A DNA stretch of 64,000 nucleotides from assembly GCA_963845065.1 (NCBI GenBank), contig CAWJQQ010000009.1:160001-224000 (forward strand), written 5' to 3'. The DNA is from Nitrospirota bacterium (GTDB lineage Bacteria; Nitrospirota; UBA9217). The translations under genes and the position numbers were made by a program. Below are positions 1 to 10,659 of the stretch, piece after piece (the first letter of the stretch is position 1; each line of letters opens with the position of its first letter). The notes under the pieces are model-generated. The model saw only the letters and a program-made list of their open reading frames with translations, ran no database searches and was not told the origin of the DNA.

Positions 1-99
1 ACTCGGCTGTCCTTTACGACCCCATACCCGTCTAGCCATTGTGGTTTATTATTGCCAAAAGGGAAAGGAATTTCAATTATTTATTGGGTTTGCTTTCAC

Positions 100-290
100 G
101 AATTCGAAATGCATTCTGAAATCTCCTAAAGATGAAACTGTCGCAGACTTTAGAAAGGATACTGCACTGCATGTTTCAACCGAAATTTATCACATCATCC
201 AAATTATTAAAGCTCTGAGGTCCACCTACAAGTTCGTATGATGAAGAAGAAAAATATTTATCGATTACCGGTAGAAGTTTACACTAGAAC
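100..290. repeat. Dispersed non-coding repeat family, copy A
   Basis: CACATCAT at 191, CTACAAG at 226, CACTAGAAC at 282-290. The right edge is the R' core of the attC at 284-349. Left edge approximate. Confidence 0.7.
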
Positions 291-349
291 GCGGGCGGTG
301 AGCCGCCACAACGCGCCAGCGCAAGGTCGGCTCTACCGCCTTGTTGTGC
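284..349 (-). other. attC-like recombination site (66 bp)
   Basis: Minus strand reads R'' GCACAAC, 5-nt spacer, L'' GGT[A]GAGC with one extra base, L' GCTCACC, 6-nt spacer, R' GTTCTAG. Lies downstream of the DUF1801 gene. Confidence 0.8.
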
Positions 350-931
350 GTCTTAATTTCTTTGGTTTGTTAGTTTATTTTAGTTTTTAACCTACTCGAC
401 CCCTCGAGTCAGTGAGAAAAAGCTATAGCTTCATGTCTTTTTACTTTTGTGTACTTTCGCTCGAGTACCCGCAGGCGCTTTCTTCTTCAATTTGGCACGA
501 TTGTAATCAACAGCGGCACGGACGAGATTTTTTAAAGCACGCTCATTAATCTTATCGCCCTCGAAAAAATCGATCGCTCGTCTCGCATTGCCTTCGAGGC
601 CCGCGTTGAAGAGTTTGTCAGGATCTGGGAGGCTCGCCCCGTGGGAAAAGGTAAGCTTCACCTTCTCTTTGTGGGCGTTGGCGACCGCGATTATTCCGTT
701 GTGAGACCACACTGGGCTTCCCATCCACTTCCATTCCTCGATTATCTCCTGGTCGGCCTCAAGGATGCTCTTGCGGATGCTGGCGAACGTTTTGCCACGC
801 CAGTCTGTGAGTTCTGCGATCAGCTGGTCAATACGTTCCGATGGATTCATAGGACCTTTATGCCTTCCTTTTCAGTTTTTTGATCGAAGTAGCTTTTAAA
901 TTATCCTTTTCTTTGCCTTGGGGCAGCACAA
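290..931 (-). mobile_element. Integron-type gene cassette carrying the DUF1801 gene
   Basis: The 5' core GTTGTGC (932-926) is the exact complement of the attC inverse core GCACAAC (349-343), as expected for a cassette. Confidence 0.7.
431..850 (-). CDS. DUF1801 (YdhG-like) domain protein
   Basis: Motifs LTDWRG, EEWKWMGSPVW, KVKLTFSHGASLPDP..LFNAGLEGN.RRAID. Confidence 0.85.
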   Translation of the reverse strand: MNPSERIDQLIAELTDWRGKTFASIRKSILEADQEIIEEWKWMGSPVWSHNGIIAVANAHKEKVKLTFSHGASLPDPDKLFNAGLEGNARRAIDFFEGDKINERALKNLVRAAVDYNRAKLKKKAPAGTRAKVHKSKKT

Positions 932-1109
932 CAATTGATTGAGTAGTTTTCGGTATTATAGCATAATATTATTTCAGGTGGCACATGAATTATTTCATGC
1001 TTATATAAAAATCAAATATAACAAACTGATGCAATTCGCTCAACATACAAGTATTAATGCTTGAGGACTTTTCGGTCAATTCCTATGACACTTATCCGCC
1101 GTGCTGTTT

Positions 1110-1319
1110 TCGTGATGAAGTATGGATCGTTCCGAAGAACGGCAACTCCAATGATACAGGATGGAGTCGTTGACAGAAAACTTTTATCACAAAATACAAT
1201 GATACAAAATGAATTCTGCACCTTCACTAATATTATATGAAACTCGGCTTCACCTACCAGCTTGGAGCGGTGTTGACTAAAAATCAATGCAAACTACGAC
1301 TTGGAAAGTACATGTGAAC
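1110..1319. repeat. Dispersed non-coding repeat family, copy B
   Basis: CACCTTCA at 1219, CTACCAG at 1254, CATGTGAAC at 1311-1319 (the attC R'). Shares blocks with 38748-38797, 5308-5391 and 34197-34250. Confidence 0.75.
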
Positions 1320-1372
1320 ACCAAAGCTAAAGCGCGCTATTTTTTGGCGTCGCATTGAGTGACTGGTTAGCC
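1313..1372 (-). other. attC-like site (60 bp)
   Basis: Minus strand reads GGCTAAC-CAGTC-ACTCAATGCG ... CGCTTTAGC-TTTGGT-GTTCACA. Overlaps the 3' end of the DUF1499 gene. Confidence 0.7.
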
Positions 1373-1839
1373 TCTGAAAACTTCTCATTATATAGTTTTT
1401 TAAGTAATTCAGTTCTCTTTTTATTAACACCCGCATCACCATAACCGACTCTGGACGCTGAGCGAATATGGATCACTTTTTGAATCGAATCGATTCTAAT
1501 TTCAAAATCATCCACGAATCCAAAAATTGACGACGAAAACGTAGATGCAATGTAGTTTTCACTTTCAGCATAAATGGTACCTCCCATATATCGAATTACA
1601 TTTTTTAGAATGGTCAATGTATCAAACTTGATGTTTTGAGGAATAATTATGGGGTCAATATAGTGATTGACATCATCTTTTTGCTCACTGCAAACGCAAT
1701 TAGGCTTATTTGGGCATTTTGATAGAGTCCCTTCGACCAATCCAGAGGCTTTTCCCAACTTAGAAATTATCCCAAGAATGAAAAATAAAACAATGAAGGT
1801 GACGATTGCAAAGGCTAAAAAGATTAAAGCGATTTTCAT
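1327..1839 (-). CDS. DUF1499 domain protein
   Basis: N-terminal TM helix, CPNKPNCVCS, FGFVDDFE and IRSASRVGYGD.GVN..R motifs. Confidence 0.85.
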   Translation of the reverse strand: MKIALIFLAFAIVTFIVLFFILGIISKLGKASGLVEGTLSKCPNKPNCVCSEQKDDVNHYIDPIIIPQNIKFDTLTILKNVIRYMGGTIYAESENYIASTFSSSIFGFVDDFEIRIDSIQKVIHIRSASRVGYGDAGVNKKRTELLKKLYNEKFSEANQSLNATPKNSAL

Positions 1840-1857
1840 ATGCGGTCCTCATTAAAA

Positions 1858-2044
1858 GGCTGATGCGGGGCTGAGCCATGGCCCGTAGCGTCATCCGTTT
1901 TGAGCCCCTGGTTCTTCCGGCGCGCGGTTTTCGCGCTGGGATAGGGCTCCTCCCCAGGTCCTAGCGCAGGCCGGATTGCCGTAATAGCTCCGATAGGCTC
2001 CCCCAGTTTGGCATCTCGCTCAAAACCTACTGCAGTGGTTAGAA
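1858..2044 (-). other. Degenerate long attC-like site
   Basis: TTCTAAC just after the DinB stop, internal inverted repeat GTTTTGAGC/GCTCAAAAC, ending in ATCAGCC (two changes from the GTTAGCC expected for the DUF1499 cassette). Confidence 0.35.
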
Positions 2045-2053
2045 ACTCCGGCA

Positions 2054-2551
2054 TCACTTATGTGAAAGAGCAGTCAGGATCTCGACCAAGTGGTCGATGT
2101 GAAACTGGACGTGGTACTTGCCCAGCCCATTGATCATCCCATCAAGAGTTGGGTATTCGCCCAACGGAGAATCTTTCAGCTTTGGAATATGCGCTTTCCT
2201 TCCCAGTTGATCATCGGTTAATTCCTCAGCGAAGTTGGCCACACTTTGGTAATTCCTCTCGCACTCCGCGACAAGTTCGATGAGGCTCATGCGTGCCCGA
2301 TTTTCGGTAAAGAACGGATTCTCCGTATCGAGATCTATCATAGGGGTATCGCTGTCGACAAAGGCCCTGACGATCGGCAGGTGTCCCACACCCTCGGGAC
2401 CGCAAAGGTGGGAAAGAATCTGCTTGGGTGACCATCTGTCCTTCGGAGCACGCAAGGCCAGATTCTCGTCCACTCCTTGGCATACCTGTTTCAAGGCTTC
2501 TACTTTCTGCCGGATGTCTTGCGCCAACTGGTTCCCACGTGAAGTTGCCAT
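2054..2551 (-). CDS. DinB family protein
   Basis: WSPKQILSHL and H..FHIDHL His motifs; GGAGG RBS. Confidence 0.8.
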   Translation of the reverse strand: MATSRGNQLAQDIRQKVEALKQVCQGVDENLALRAPKDRWSPKQILSHLCGPEGVGHLPIVRAFVDSDTPMIDLDTENPFFTENRARMSLIELVAECERNYQSVANFAEELTDDQLGRKAHIPKLKDSPLGEYPTLDGMINGLGKYHVQFHIDHLVEILTALSHK

Positions 2552-2702
2552 GGTGTAACCTCCTTAGCCACATTGAGGCCCCGCCCCCTCGATATGGCAC
2601 AAAATATTATTGATACAGCAATGTTGAGGTTGGCTAATGGCGCCCGTATATTTTAGGTGGCGCTGAAAAATACGACTTCTAGCTTTATGTGTTCGGACAG
2701 GC

Positions 2703-3449
2703 TCAGCGCCTGCCAGTTCTAAGGTCGTCCGAATACCCGGCCTTCAGGCGGGACCACTGGGCGATAGGACGTCCATCATTACGATAATTGTGCTCGCCTT
2801 TCGGCCGTTGCGGCCAGCCGGTCGGCGAGTCCTCCCACCTCTCCTGCCGCCCGTAGACGGTCAAGTCGAGCAACCGATAGCTGTTATCCATCGCCTCGAC
2901 GCCGCGCCCATTCGTCCAGTAAGTCTCATAGACATTGGATCCTTGTCGCAGGTAACAAACGAGGTGAAACATGCCCACCCGGCGTCCAACCAATAGAGTA
3001 TCGAGCGAGTCCCGGGCCGAGTACCAAGGCATCTCCCAGCCCATGAAGTCGCGGTACCGGGCGCTCTCTTCGTAGGGTCCCTGGCAAAACGTGGCGTAAG
3101 TTACGTCGCGAGAATGAATAAAGGACAGCTCGCAGACCTGCGATGTATAGAAGGTGCACCCTTCGCACTGCTCCGCGGCAGAGTGGCCGGTGTGCCACAT
3201 GAAGTAGTAGGCGATGAGCATCCGACGGCCCTCAAACGTGTCCAATAGTGTCACCGCGCCACGTTCGCCAATGAGCGGTGTCGCACCATCCACTTCGACC
3301 ATGGGGAGGCGCCGGCGGGCGGCCGCAATCGCGTCGCCCTCTCTTGTGTGAGCCTTCTCCCGAACCCGCAATGCGTCCAGCTCGGCCTGGAAGGTGCTCC
3401 GATCGACTACCTTAGGGGCTCCAAGTTCATCTCTCATGCTGTTTTTCAT
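2703..3449 (-). CDS. DUF899 family thioredoxin-like protein
   Basis: REKAHTREGDAIAAARRRLPMV, CEGCT and LLDLTVYGRQE.WEDSP.GWP motifs. Confidence 0.9.
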   Translation of the reverse strand: MKNSMRDELGAPKVVDRSTFQAELDALRVREKAHTREGDAIAAARRRLPMVEVDGATPLIGERGAVTLLDTFEGRRMLIAYYFMWHTGHSAAEQCEGCTFYTSQVCELSFIHSRDVTYATFCQGPYEESARYRDFMGWEMPWYSARDSLDTLLVGRRVGMFHLVCYLRQGSNVYETYWTNGRGVEAMDNSYRLLDLTVYGRQERWEDSPTGWPQRPKGEHNYRNDGRPIAQWSRLKAGYSDDLRTGRR

Positions 3450-3782
3450 CGTTCTCTCCTTTGCTAACCTCGGTCACGCTTTCGCCTCTGCGTCGAGCTT
3501 TCCGCCGGATTCTTTATTGCCAGCACTGTCACCGCGAAGGCAATTCTTGCATTTGATGCGAATCCAGCAGGCGCACTTCGGCAGTAACGGTCCTGCGGTT
3601 TCGTTTCGCCCATCGGCATATGCCTCCGAGCGGGGCGATGATGATTTTCCTCATTTGGGTCAAGTATTCGACGGCAACGGCCGTCGATCCCGTCACGCGC
3701 CTAGTGACTAGCTGCACCGCGAAGCGAGGAAAGCACCGTCTGACGAACGGTGCCTCCTCTGCCATCAAGCCTTCGTATCGAT

Positions 3783-4790
3783 TCATATTTCGATGCAGAT
3801 TTTTCCGAAATGCGCACCGCTCGCCTCGTAACGAAACGCCTCGATCAGGTCTTGTAGAGGAAAGGTCTTATTGATGACCGGCTTCATGTCATTGGCATCC
3901 AGAGCGCGAATCATCTCAATCTGCTGCTGGCGGCTTCCGACTTGCATCCCCTGAAGCCTCGCTTGTCGAGTCAACAGCGCCGCGGTCGGAATCGGACCGG
4001 AGAAACCCGTCAAGACGCCGATGAACTCGATATGCCCGCCGATGCGGCACGCGCTGATCGACTGCGGCAGAGTATCCGGACCGCCCACTTCGATGACATG
4101 ATCAACGCCACGTCCGTCGGTCAGGTCTAAAACCTGATCTGCCCAGTTTGGATACTGCTTGTAGTTGATCGTATGGTAAGCGCCCAGAGCGCGTGCGCGA
4201 GCCAGTTTTTCATCTGATGACGAAGTGACGATCGTCAATGCGCCCATCATTTTTGCGAACTGCAGGGCGAACATCGACACACCGCCCGTGCCCAAAGTCA
4301 ATACCGTCTCGCCGGCTTTCAAAGGACCATCACTGACAAGTGCGCGCCACGCCGTAAGACCGGCGGTGGGCAAAGTCGCCGCTTCGGTATAGCTGTAATT
4401 CTTAGGCACGCGAGTGAACCAATTCGCCGGCCGCACCACCCTCTCCCGCGCATACCCATCCAAGCTATCACCGGGAGTCTTGGCGATCCTGGATGATTCG
4501 GCTTCGCCGTTTTGCCACTCGGGAAAAAAACAGGAGACGACGTGATCGCCCACGGCAAACTCGCTGACGCCTTCCCCGATCCTTTCGACAATTCCCGCTC
4601 CATCGGTCAACGGGATGAGTCCGTCTGGGGTTGGAATTTTCCCAAGCGCGACCAGATAATCATGATAGTTCAGCGAGCTGGCGTGCAGCCGCACCTGGAT
4701 TTCGCCCTCCTGCGGCGCACCAGGCTCAACCATCTCGACCATCGTCAGGCGCTCGAGCCCACCGGAGCCTTTGAGTTTTATTGCTTTCAT
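3783..4790 (-). CDS. NAD(P)-dependent alcohol dehydrogenase-like protein (MDR family)
   Basis: SSLNYHD, EAATLPTAGLTAW, GTGGVS and HFGKI motifs. Confidence 0.9.
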   Translation of the reverse strand: MKAIKLKGSGGLERLTMVEMVEPGAPQEGEIQVRLHASSLNYHDYLVALGKIPTPDGLIPLTDGAGIVERIGEGVSEFAVGDHVVSCFFPEWQNGEAESSRIAKTPGDSLDGYARERVVRPANWFTRVPKNYSYTEAATLPTAGLTAWRALVSDGPLKAGETVLTLGTGGVSMFALQFAKMMGALTIVTSSSDEKLARARALGAYHTINYKQYPNWADQVLDLTDGRGVDHVIEVGGPDTLPQSISACRIGGHIEFIGVLTGFSGPIPTAALLTRQARLQGMQVGSRQQQIEMIRALDANDMKPVINKTFPLQDLIEAFRYEASGAHFGKICIEI

Positions 4791-5307
4791 AAGGTGTCTC
4801 TCCTATGGAAATGGTTAGGATGAGCAGCGACCTTAGGTTAAAAAAAGATGTCGAACTGTCTCAGGCCGCATATCTCAAGTTTCATCCAGTGTTCAATATA
4901 TTAGTAAGCTCCGTATTAAACGTAATATATCACGGATTTTTCATATTATCCTCCCGTTTTGCATGTATAAAGAGCGACGCAAATCACTTATTGACCTCCT
5001 TTTTAGTTTCAATCGTCTATATTGGGATAGTACCAGAGACCTTGCAGCTGTCAATTTTGTCCATTTTGAGGTTGCCGGGAATCGCGAGACAGCCTGAGAA
5101 GTAAAAAGCAACGTCCATCTCTTGTTTGAGTTGCCAGCGTCAGGCAGCTGGTTCCAATTGTTTGAGCTTACTTACTAGCTCTGCCTCATCAGCCTCTTGT
5201 TTATATTTGCTTCCTTCCAACATCAATTCTCTTTCGGTGATCCCTACTATGGGTTTCTCTACTAGTTAAAATATAGCTTAAATCAGACGGTTAAGATTAA
5301 TAAATTC

Positions 5308-5391
5308 GATGAGAAGTATGGATTGATAACAGATGGCCAGGTTGAGACCTTCAGGATGGAGTTTTTGACAGAAAACTTTATCACAAAATAT
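5308..5391. repeat. Partial copy of the dispersed repeat (left part)
   Basis: GAAGTATGGAT ... CAGGATGGAGT..TTGACAGAAAACTTT.ATCACAAAATA matches 1114-1197. Confidence 0.65.
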
Positions 5392-5634
5392 GAGCGTCTG
5401 CATATTTGATGCATTCTATATATGCCTGCTTCCGTTGGTCATCCGAATCTAAATCATATTTTTAAATGAGTTAAGCTCTTTTTCATAGTTCATCTGCGGA
5501 CCCTCTGATAACAATATTTAGTGCTAATGGTCACGGAATTAAAGTACAATCCGGTATTCGGCGGGAAAAAACTACAGGAAGCAATAAGCGTCTTTATAAC
5601 AGCCTAGTCAATATAATATGCAATTTATCATTGT

Positions 5635-6411
5635 TTATTCAATGGGGAATGAGATTCCAGATAAACGTTCACATTCTGAAAGATATCTTTCCTGAATAGA
5701 GGCATCTGCAGCTGACGGGTGAAAATTCCGAAGTTTTTGATGATAAAAATATTTCCCTGAGACCAAAGCTTCTTTTTCTTGGCTAGTGGCGAGCCAAACC
5801 TGCGTCTTAGGTCCCTCCTCAAGGCTATCAGGTGCGCTCTTTCCACCCATTTTAGTAGCTACCCAACCAGGTTCCAGTGCATTGGATAGCACGTTGGGCC
5901 ATTTCCGCGCAACAGCAAAGGCAAGGATGACATTATGTAATTTAGAATCGGCGTAAGCGCTAGATCCATCCCATGGCCGGGTGTTCCATGTCAAATCTTT
6001 CAAGGTGGGGTCACCACTTCGATGCATTCCTGAACTAGTATATATCAAGCGTTTGGGCTTTATAATTAGGCATGTCAGAATATATGGGGCTAATGAATTT
6101 ACGGCAAAGACCTGCGGTAAGCCATCAATAGTCTGGATACGATGAGATTCGCGATAGCCAACACCTGCATTATAGATAATGGCATCAAATAAGCCTAGTC
6201 CATTTACCTGTTCTGCAACGTGTTTAGCTTCCGATATACTGGATAGATCACCGAATACTGCTGCTTCAGCTCCGGGTACACCAATTAATGCTTCTTTAGA
6301 TCGACTTTGATTACGGGCATGCAATACTACCTTGTGGCTATTTGCAACCAGTAACCGTGCAGCCATTCTACCTAGTCCATCGGCAGAACCTGTAATGAAT
6401 ATTCTTGCCAT
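5635..6411 (-). CDS. SDR family oxidoreductase
   Basis: ITGSADGLG, NAG, YADSK catalytic motif, PGWVATKMGG. Confidence 0.9.
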   Translation of the reverse strand: MARIFITGSADGLGRMAARLLVANSHKVVLHARNQSRSKEALIGVPGAEAAVFGDLSSISEAKHVAEQVNGLGLFDAIIYNAGVGYRESHRIQTIDGLPQVFAVNSLAPYILTCLIIKPKRLIYTSSGMHRSGDPTLKDLTWNTRPWDGSSAYADSKLHNVILAFAVARKWPNVLSNALEPGWVATKMGGKSAPDSLEEGPKTQVWLATSQEKEALVSGKYFYHQKLRNFHPSAADASIQERYLSECERLSGISFPIE

Positions 6412-6534
6412 AATAATCCTGTGTTATTAAGATAATCAAAAAGTCATGCATTAATAACGAAATGAAATAAGTAAAATGATAATAACATAATTTTACCTAT
6501 CCCAGCGTAATAGATTGTATCCCATTTAAAGTAT

Positions 6535-6804
6535 TCACGTGGGAAACCTCTTGGCAGCGCGTGCTCGTGCCTTGATGGCCTCTTCTGTGCGGTTTCTCGG
6601 TGCTGCGTCTGTCTGAAGCGAACTTAGAAGGTTTCTAGAAATCCTGGCTACGTCGTCAACAGCCATAAGGAAAGCAGCTTCGTTGATTTTCGATGGCTTG
6701 TTAAAGCCGCTCACTTTTCTAACAAATTGTAGTGCGGCCGCACGAACCTCTTCGTTTGTCACAGGTGGTTCGAAATTAAATAGAGTTTTGATATTTCTGC
6801 ACAC
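6535..6804 (-). CDS. DUF2277 domain protein
   Basis: Starts (M)CRNIKTLFNFEPP..EEVRAAALQFVRKVSG; GTG start after a GGAGG RBS. Confidence 0.85.
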   Translation of the reverse strand: MCRNIKTLFNFEPPVTNEEVRAAALQFVRKVSGFNKPSKINEAAFLMAVDDVARISRNLLSSLQTDAAPRNRTEEAIKARARAAKRFPT

Positions 6805-7107
6805 AATCAATACCTCCACATGTCAGAGTTATCTCGTTGGAAGTGAATGTCGAACAAGATATCCTGTAAGAGACTGTGCATTTTAATAAGATAAAATTTA
6901 GAGCCATGATTGATGCAGAAAAGGAATATAACGAGAGATTTGATAAATTTTGTTTGTCACATGTTTTCGACATATCAAGTTCCGTAGATCGGGTAAAGTA
7001 TAATACTACCCAAAGGATTTTGTTGGGATTCACAACATGTCACCTATTGTTAGTATCATCCTTTAGATTCACTTTGTTCTACTCGACCAATTTTAAGAAA
7101 CGTGATC

Positions 7108-7551
7108 TTATCTGTAATAGCCGCGGTGCCAATACCCATACCCGGGGTGTGTGAGCGCCAGAATCAACGCGAGGATGATGGCCACCAGGAGGAGAAATAG
7201 CAAAACCGCAGCCCCCCCGTCTCCGCCCGCCTGGAGCGCGTCCGTGTGAGTCGCGAGCTGATGAATCTGCTCGTCCGAAAGCTTGTTCAGCCGCGCCATG
7301 GTCTCCTCGGGGGATAGCCCATAGTCCATAAGCTTTTGCCGGAGTATCTTCGATTCAAGTGCCGTCTGGACCTTAGTCATATCTGCCGCCCGGCTCGCAG
7401 AGACCGCGGTTGCCTCGTTCATATTCTGATGAGGTGCGGCAGGGACGAACATGGCCTCGGCTGGTCCGGCGAAGGTCGATATCGCAAGCAGCGCTATTAT
7501 TAGATAGATCACGAGCGGTTTTGTATAGAACTTCTTGAGTATGGTTTTCAT
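7108..7551 (-). CDS. PA2779-like secreted/membrane protein
   Basis: Signal peptide, RQKLMDYGLSPEE..ARL..LSDEQIHQLA...LQAGGD, C-terminal TM helix. Confidence 0.75.
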   Translation of the reverse strand: MKTILKKFYTKPLVIYLIIALLAISTFAGPAEAMFVPAAPHQNMNEATAVSASRAADMTKVQTALESKILRQKLMDYGLSPEETMARLNKLSDEQIHQLATHTDALQAGGDGGAAVLLFLLLVAIILALILALTHPGYGYWHRGYYR

Positions 7552-7949
7552 ATGTTGGTCACCTCCTGTTTCATTTAAAACCTCGTTATTACCTGATCAT
7601 AAATTTTTGTCCTGTGGCCTTTAGAACCACACCCAGAACAGTCGTGGAGAACAACGACCGAGGTTCTTATCAACGGCGCGTCGACGTAAACACCGTCGCG
7701 CTTCTAGCTGTTGTGGCGCTCCAGCACGGAAAAAGTTGTCTCGTTCCCGCCGCTTTGCGAAGTACGGGTATCCGAAGTACTGTAGTTACAGCTCCCCACA
7801 ATCGACGGCAGGCATAGCGGCGAGATTGAAAAGCGCAATGCGTATGGTCATGCCTGAATTCCTAAATAATTATAGCGCGTTTTTACAGGGTGTTGACGAA
7901 TTCAGCCTGTAACTTGAAGTATTTTGAAAAATGGTAACTTGGTTTGATT

Positions 7950-8092
7950 CAGGATGCTAATCGAGCCGCATGATTCATCAGCAAGTCTATACATCATTTT
8001 TACTTATGTCGATATCAAAATCTCCTACAAGTGTGCTACGGCGACCCATAAATATAAGATGCAGAATACCGGCTAGAAACTTGCACATGAAA
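7950..8092. repeat. Dispersed non-coding repeat family, copy C
   Basis: TACATCAT at 7990, CTACAAG at 8025, CACATGAAA at 8084. Closely resembles the IS-split copy E and copy I. Confidence 0.7.
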
Positions 8093-8155
8093 TCACTATT
8101 TGTGCCCCTTAACAACCCTTTCGATATACAAGTATCAAGTCTGATTTTAAAAGCT

Positions 8156-8663
8156 TCACGCCAATGTCCTGAACGCGGCTGGTGCGTTTGCGTTCACAAT
8201 TAATTTGTTGCCATATAAGTCCATAGCGGTATCACCGACGTTCAATACGTAATTAGTATCGGGCAACAGGTCCGCCGTCGGCGTAATTGTAACATAGATA
8301 CTATACAGAACATAGGCTGAGCTTGTTACGAAGGTGACGGAATTATTATTTGAGTCGATAAAAGTTATAGCCATGGCAACGGAGGCTACATTCATCCCAG
8401 CATTAAATGATATACTGAAAGAAGTGTGGACAGGGACAGCCTGGTTTCCAGACAAATCAATAAGATCTGACAGTACATCGAGGAAAAACATCTCGCTCAC
8501 GGTTACTTTGCTGGCACATTCGGTGGCGGTCCGTAAGCGATTTGATTCTGTACGTAATCGTTTTCTCCGCGCCCTGAAAGCATGCTGGCAAGAAGAGAAG
8601 CCGCTGAAAGGGTTGCGCAAAGGTCCTTAAAAATTCTCGCCTCTAGCAATCCTTACTATTCAT
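8156..8663 (-). pseudogene. Frameshifted lipoprotein with an Ig-like (Big_5/SbsA-like) domain
   Basis: C-terminal VTITPTADLLPDTNYVLNV..TAMDLYGN. The ATG after GGAGG is followed by an early stop, and a signal-like segment lies in another frame. Confidence 0.55.
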
Positions 8664-8773
8664 AGGACTGCCTCCCAAGGCTTATATCGTCGAGACAACA
8701 AAAATTATTGGTTGCATTGCCCTGTTTGTGCTCCTTAACGACTTCTTTCACTTTTTATGCTTGATCTCAAACC

Positions 8774-9095
8774 TTACGTCGTCATAAATGCCGCTGATGT
8801 GTTTGCGTCAACAATAAGCTTGTCGCCGTATGAGTCTGTAGCAGTATCACCAACGCTCAACGTGTAGTTGGTATTAGGCAACAGGTCCGCAGTCGGCGTG
8901 ATGGTAACATTCATACTGTACTGAGCATTCTGGACAGAGCTCGTTGCAAAGGCGACAGGATTATTATTTGAGTTGATTAAGGTAGTAGCTGCGGCAACGG
9001 AGGCAACATTCATCAGGACACTGAATTGGATGATGAATGAGGTGTGGACGGGACAGTTTGGTTGCCCGACAAATTAACTTGATTTGATTGTGCAT
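8774..9095 (-). pseudogene. Paralogous Ig-like (Big_5-like) domain remnant
   Basis: High similarity to 8156-8460 (MNVASV...TITPTADLLPNTNY); frameshifted upstream of 9013. Confidence 0.55.
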
Positions 9096-9285
9096 AGAGA
9101 AATACGCCTCCTTTGCTGAATCTGGGCCATTACTTAGATGGCTAAGTATAGAAAGAAGAGCATAGCTTTACCAAATCAGTGTAAGATGTTTCTGCGAAGA
9201 AAAATTTAATTATCCGGAAAAAACTGCCCGCTAAAGCAATTGATGATGTTAAGCCGCATCCTTCTCGGATGGTAGGTTGAAATGA

Positions 9286-9516
9286 TCACGACGCCTTTTC
9301 AAGTCGCTCTGCCACCCAAACTTTAATAATCGACTGACGGGGAACTCCCAGACGTTTTGCCTCTTTGTCCAACAATTGTATCATCCACACGGGGAAGTCA
9401 ACGTTCACTCTTTTCTGCTCCTGCTCAGGTCTCTTTGCTTTTTTCACATCAAGGTGTTTTGAAATATCCGCACCTTCGTCGAATTTTTTGTCAAAATCGC
9501 GAGCTTTAACCTTCAT
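9286..9516 (-). CDS. brnA: BrnA/CopG-type antitoxin
   Basis: FDKKFDEG.DI, KRVNVDFP.WMI..LD.EA.RLGV.RQSIIK.W (RHH); overlaps the toxin gene. Confidence 0.85.
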   Translation of the reverse strand: MKVKARDFDKKFDEGADISKHLDVKKAKRPEQEQKRVNVDFPVWMIQLLDKEAKRLGVPRQSIIKVWVAERLEKAS

Positions 9517-9766
9517 ATATTTCCACCTCCTCTTTCCTTGACCGTCGAACCGATATAATCCTTACCTTATCGCCTCGATAGGTAATGACTCCCGACCAGT
9601 GTTTCCCCTCGATCGTTCCAATCACCAAATACCGCGGTTCGTCTATCGTCTGGACGGGAATCTCAATTAAATCAGGGTCGCCCCATAGGGTTTGGGCTCC
9701 ATAAAAATCGATTCCATGCTTTTGCTTGTTACTGACGCTCTTCTTTGGATCAAATTCGAATTCCAT
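9506..9766 (-). CDS. brnT: BrnT family toxin
   Basis: FEFD..KS..N..KHGIDF, E.RYLVIG and RIISVRR motifs. Confidence 0.9.
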   Translation of the reverse strand: MEFEFDPKKSVSNKQKHGIDFYGAQTLWGDPDLIEIPVQTIDEPRYLVIGTIEGKHWSGVITYRGDKVRIISVRRSRKEEVEIYEG

Positions 9767-9864
9767 GGTATAATTATTATACCTAAAATATACCGGGAGT
9801 CAATCAGTTTTTGCAGGCGGAAATTAAGGGATCCACGTTAACGAAATTAGAGGATAGCGCTAAT

Positions 9865-9925
9865 AAATTCGAAATGAAGTGTTGATATTCTGAAAAGTCG
9901 TAAAAATCAATGCTTCAGACCTTAT
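9865..9925. repeat. Partial copy of the dispersed repeat (left part)
   Basis: AATTCGAAATG...ATTCTGAAA...CAGAC resembles 101-150. Confidence 0.45.
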
Positions 9926-10034
9926 GATTAAAAGCAAGTCTGACTTAAGATATATTTTCGTTAGGAAGACCAAAATAAACCGAAAGGAGACTTGCCATGA
10001 TTTAACATTAGCAAACTCGATTTCAGTGGTCAAT

Positions 10035-10613
10035 GAACGCCTCACTAAAAACATGCCACCAACACGGGCCATCATTCATATCGCAAGAAAACTCTTGAAC
10101 CGTATCAGATACGTCCTGAAGAATCAGAAGGAGTATGTGCCTGAGGTCATACAATAAGAAACGGGATCACGCTAGAACGACCGATCTTACAACTTGTTTC
10201 ATCGTGGGTACCGCTTCTTCATCCTGCAGCCGCTAATAAAGCGTGTCTGCACTACTTCAGACTGCGGACCCACAACTTTAATACATAATGGAGGAAATGC
10301 AGCTGCCTTTATGATGTAGGCATGTCTGCTAATAAAAGCATGGCTTTAAAGATTTGCTCGTTCTGCGTACAAATCCCGAGAAAGGGATTCTACAGGTGGG
10401 TATCACGCTATGGACTGCCCCGGGAAAATTGATCCTGGGGCATTTGTGAGAACCGTTTTCTGTCTTAACAAGCAAAAATCTCACAAACGATCCAACGCAG
10501 CTGGAATTCCTCCGACTGGTACACATTTAATGACCATTAACGAAAAGAAATAGAAAACCGGGAAAAACCTGTTGGCCATCCATTCCGAGGCTTGACTTTT
10601 AACATAAAAGGAT
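10035..10613 (+). mobile_element. IS110-family remnant: transposase C-terminus plus ~455-bp 3' non-coding end
   Basis: RAIIHIARKLLNRIRYVLKNQKEY resembles IS110 transposase C-termini (stop at 10157). The region ends in TTGACTTTTAACATAAAAGGAT, with an outward -35-like TTGACT. Confidence 0.7.
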
Positions 10614-10659
10614 GAAGGCCGCGCCGACTCATTCATCAGTGATTCTTAAAAACGCCACA

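Noticed and set aside
2631..2698. attC between the DUF899 and DinB genes
   Set aside because: TCCGAAC ... ATTAGCC and a short inverted repeat are present, but the L boxes and core complementarity are not convincing.
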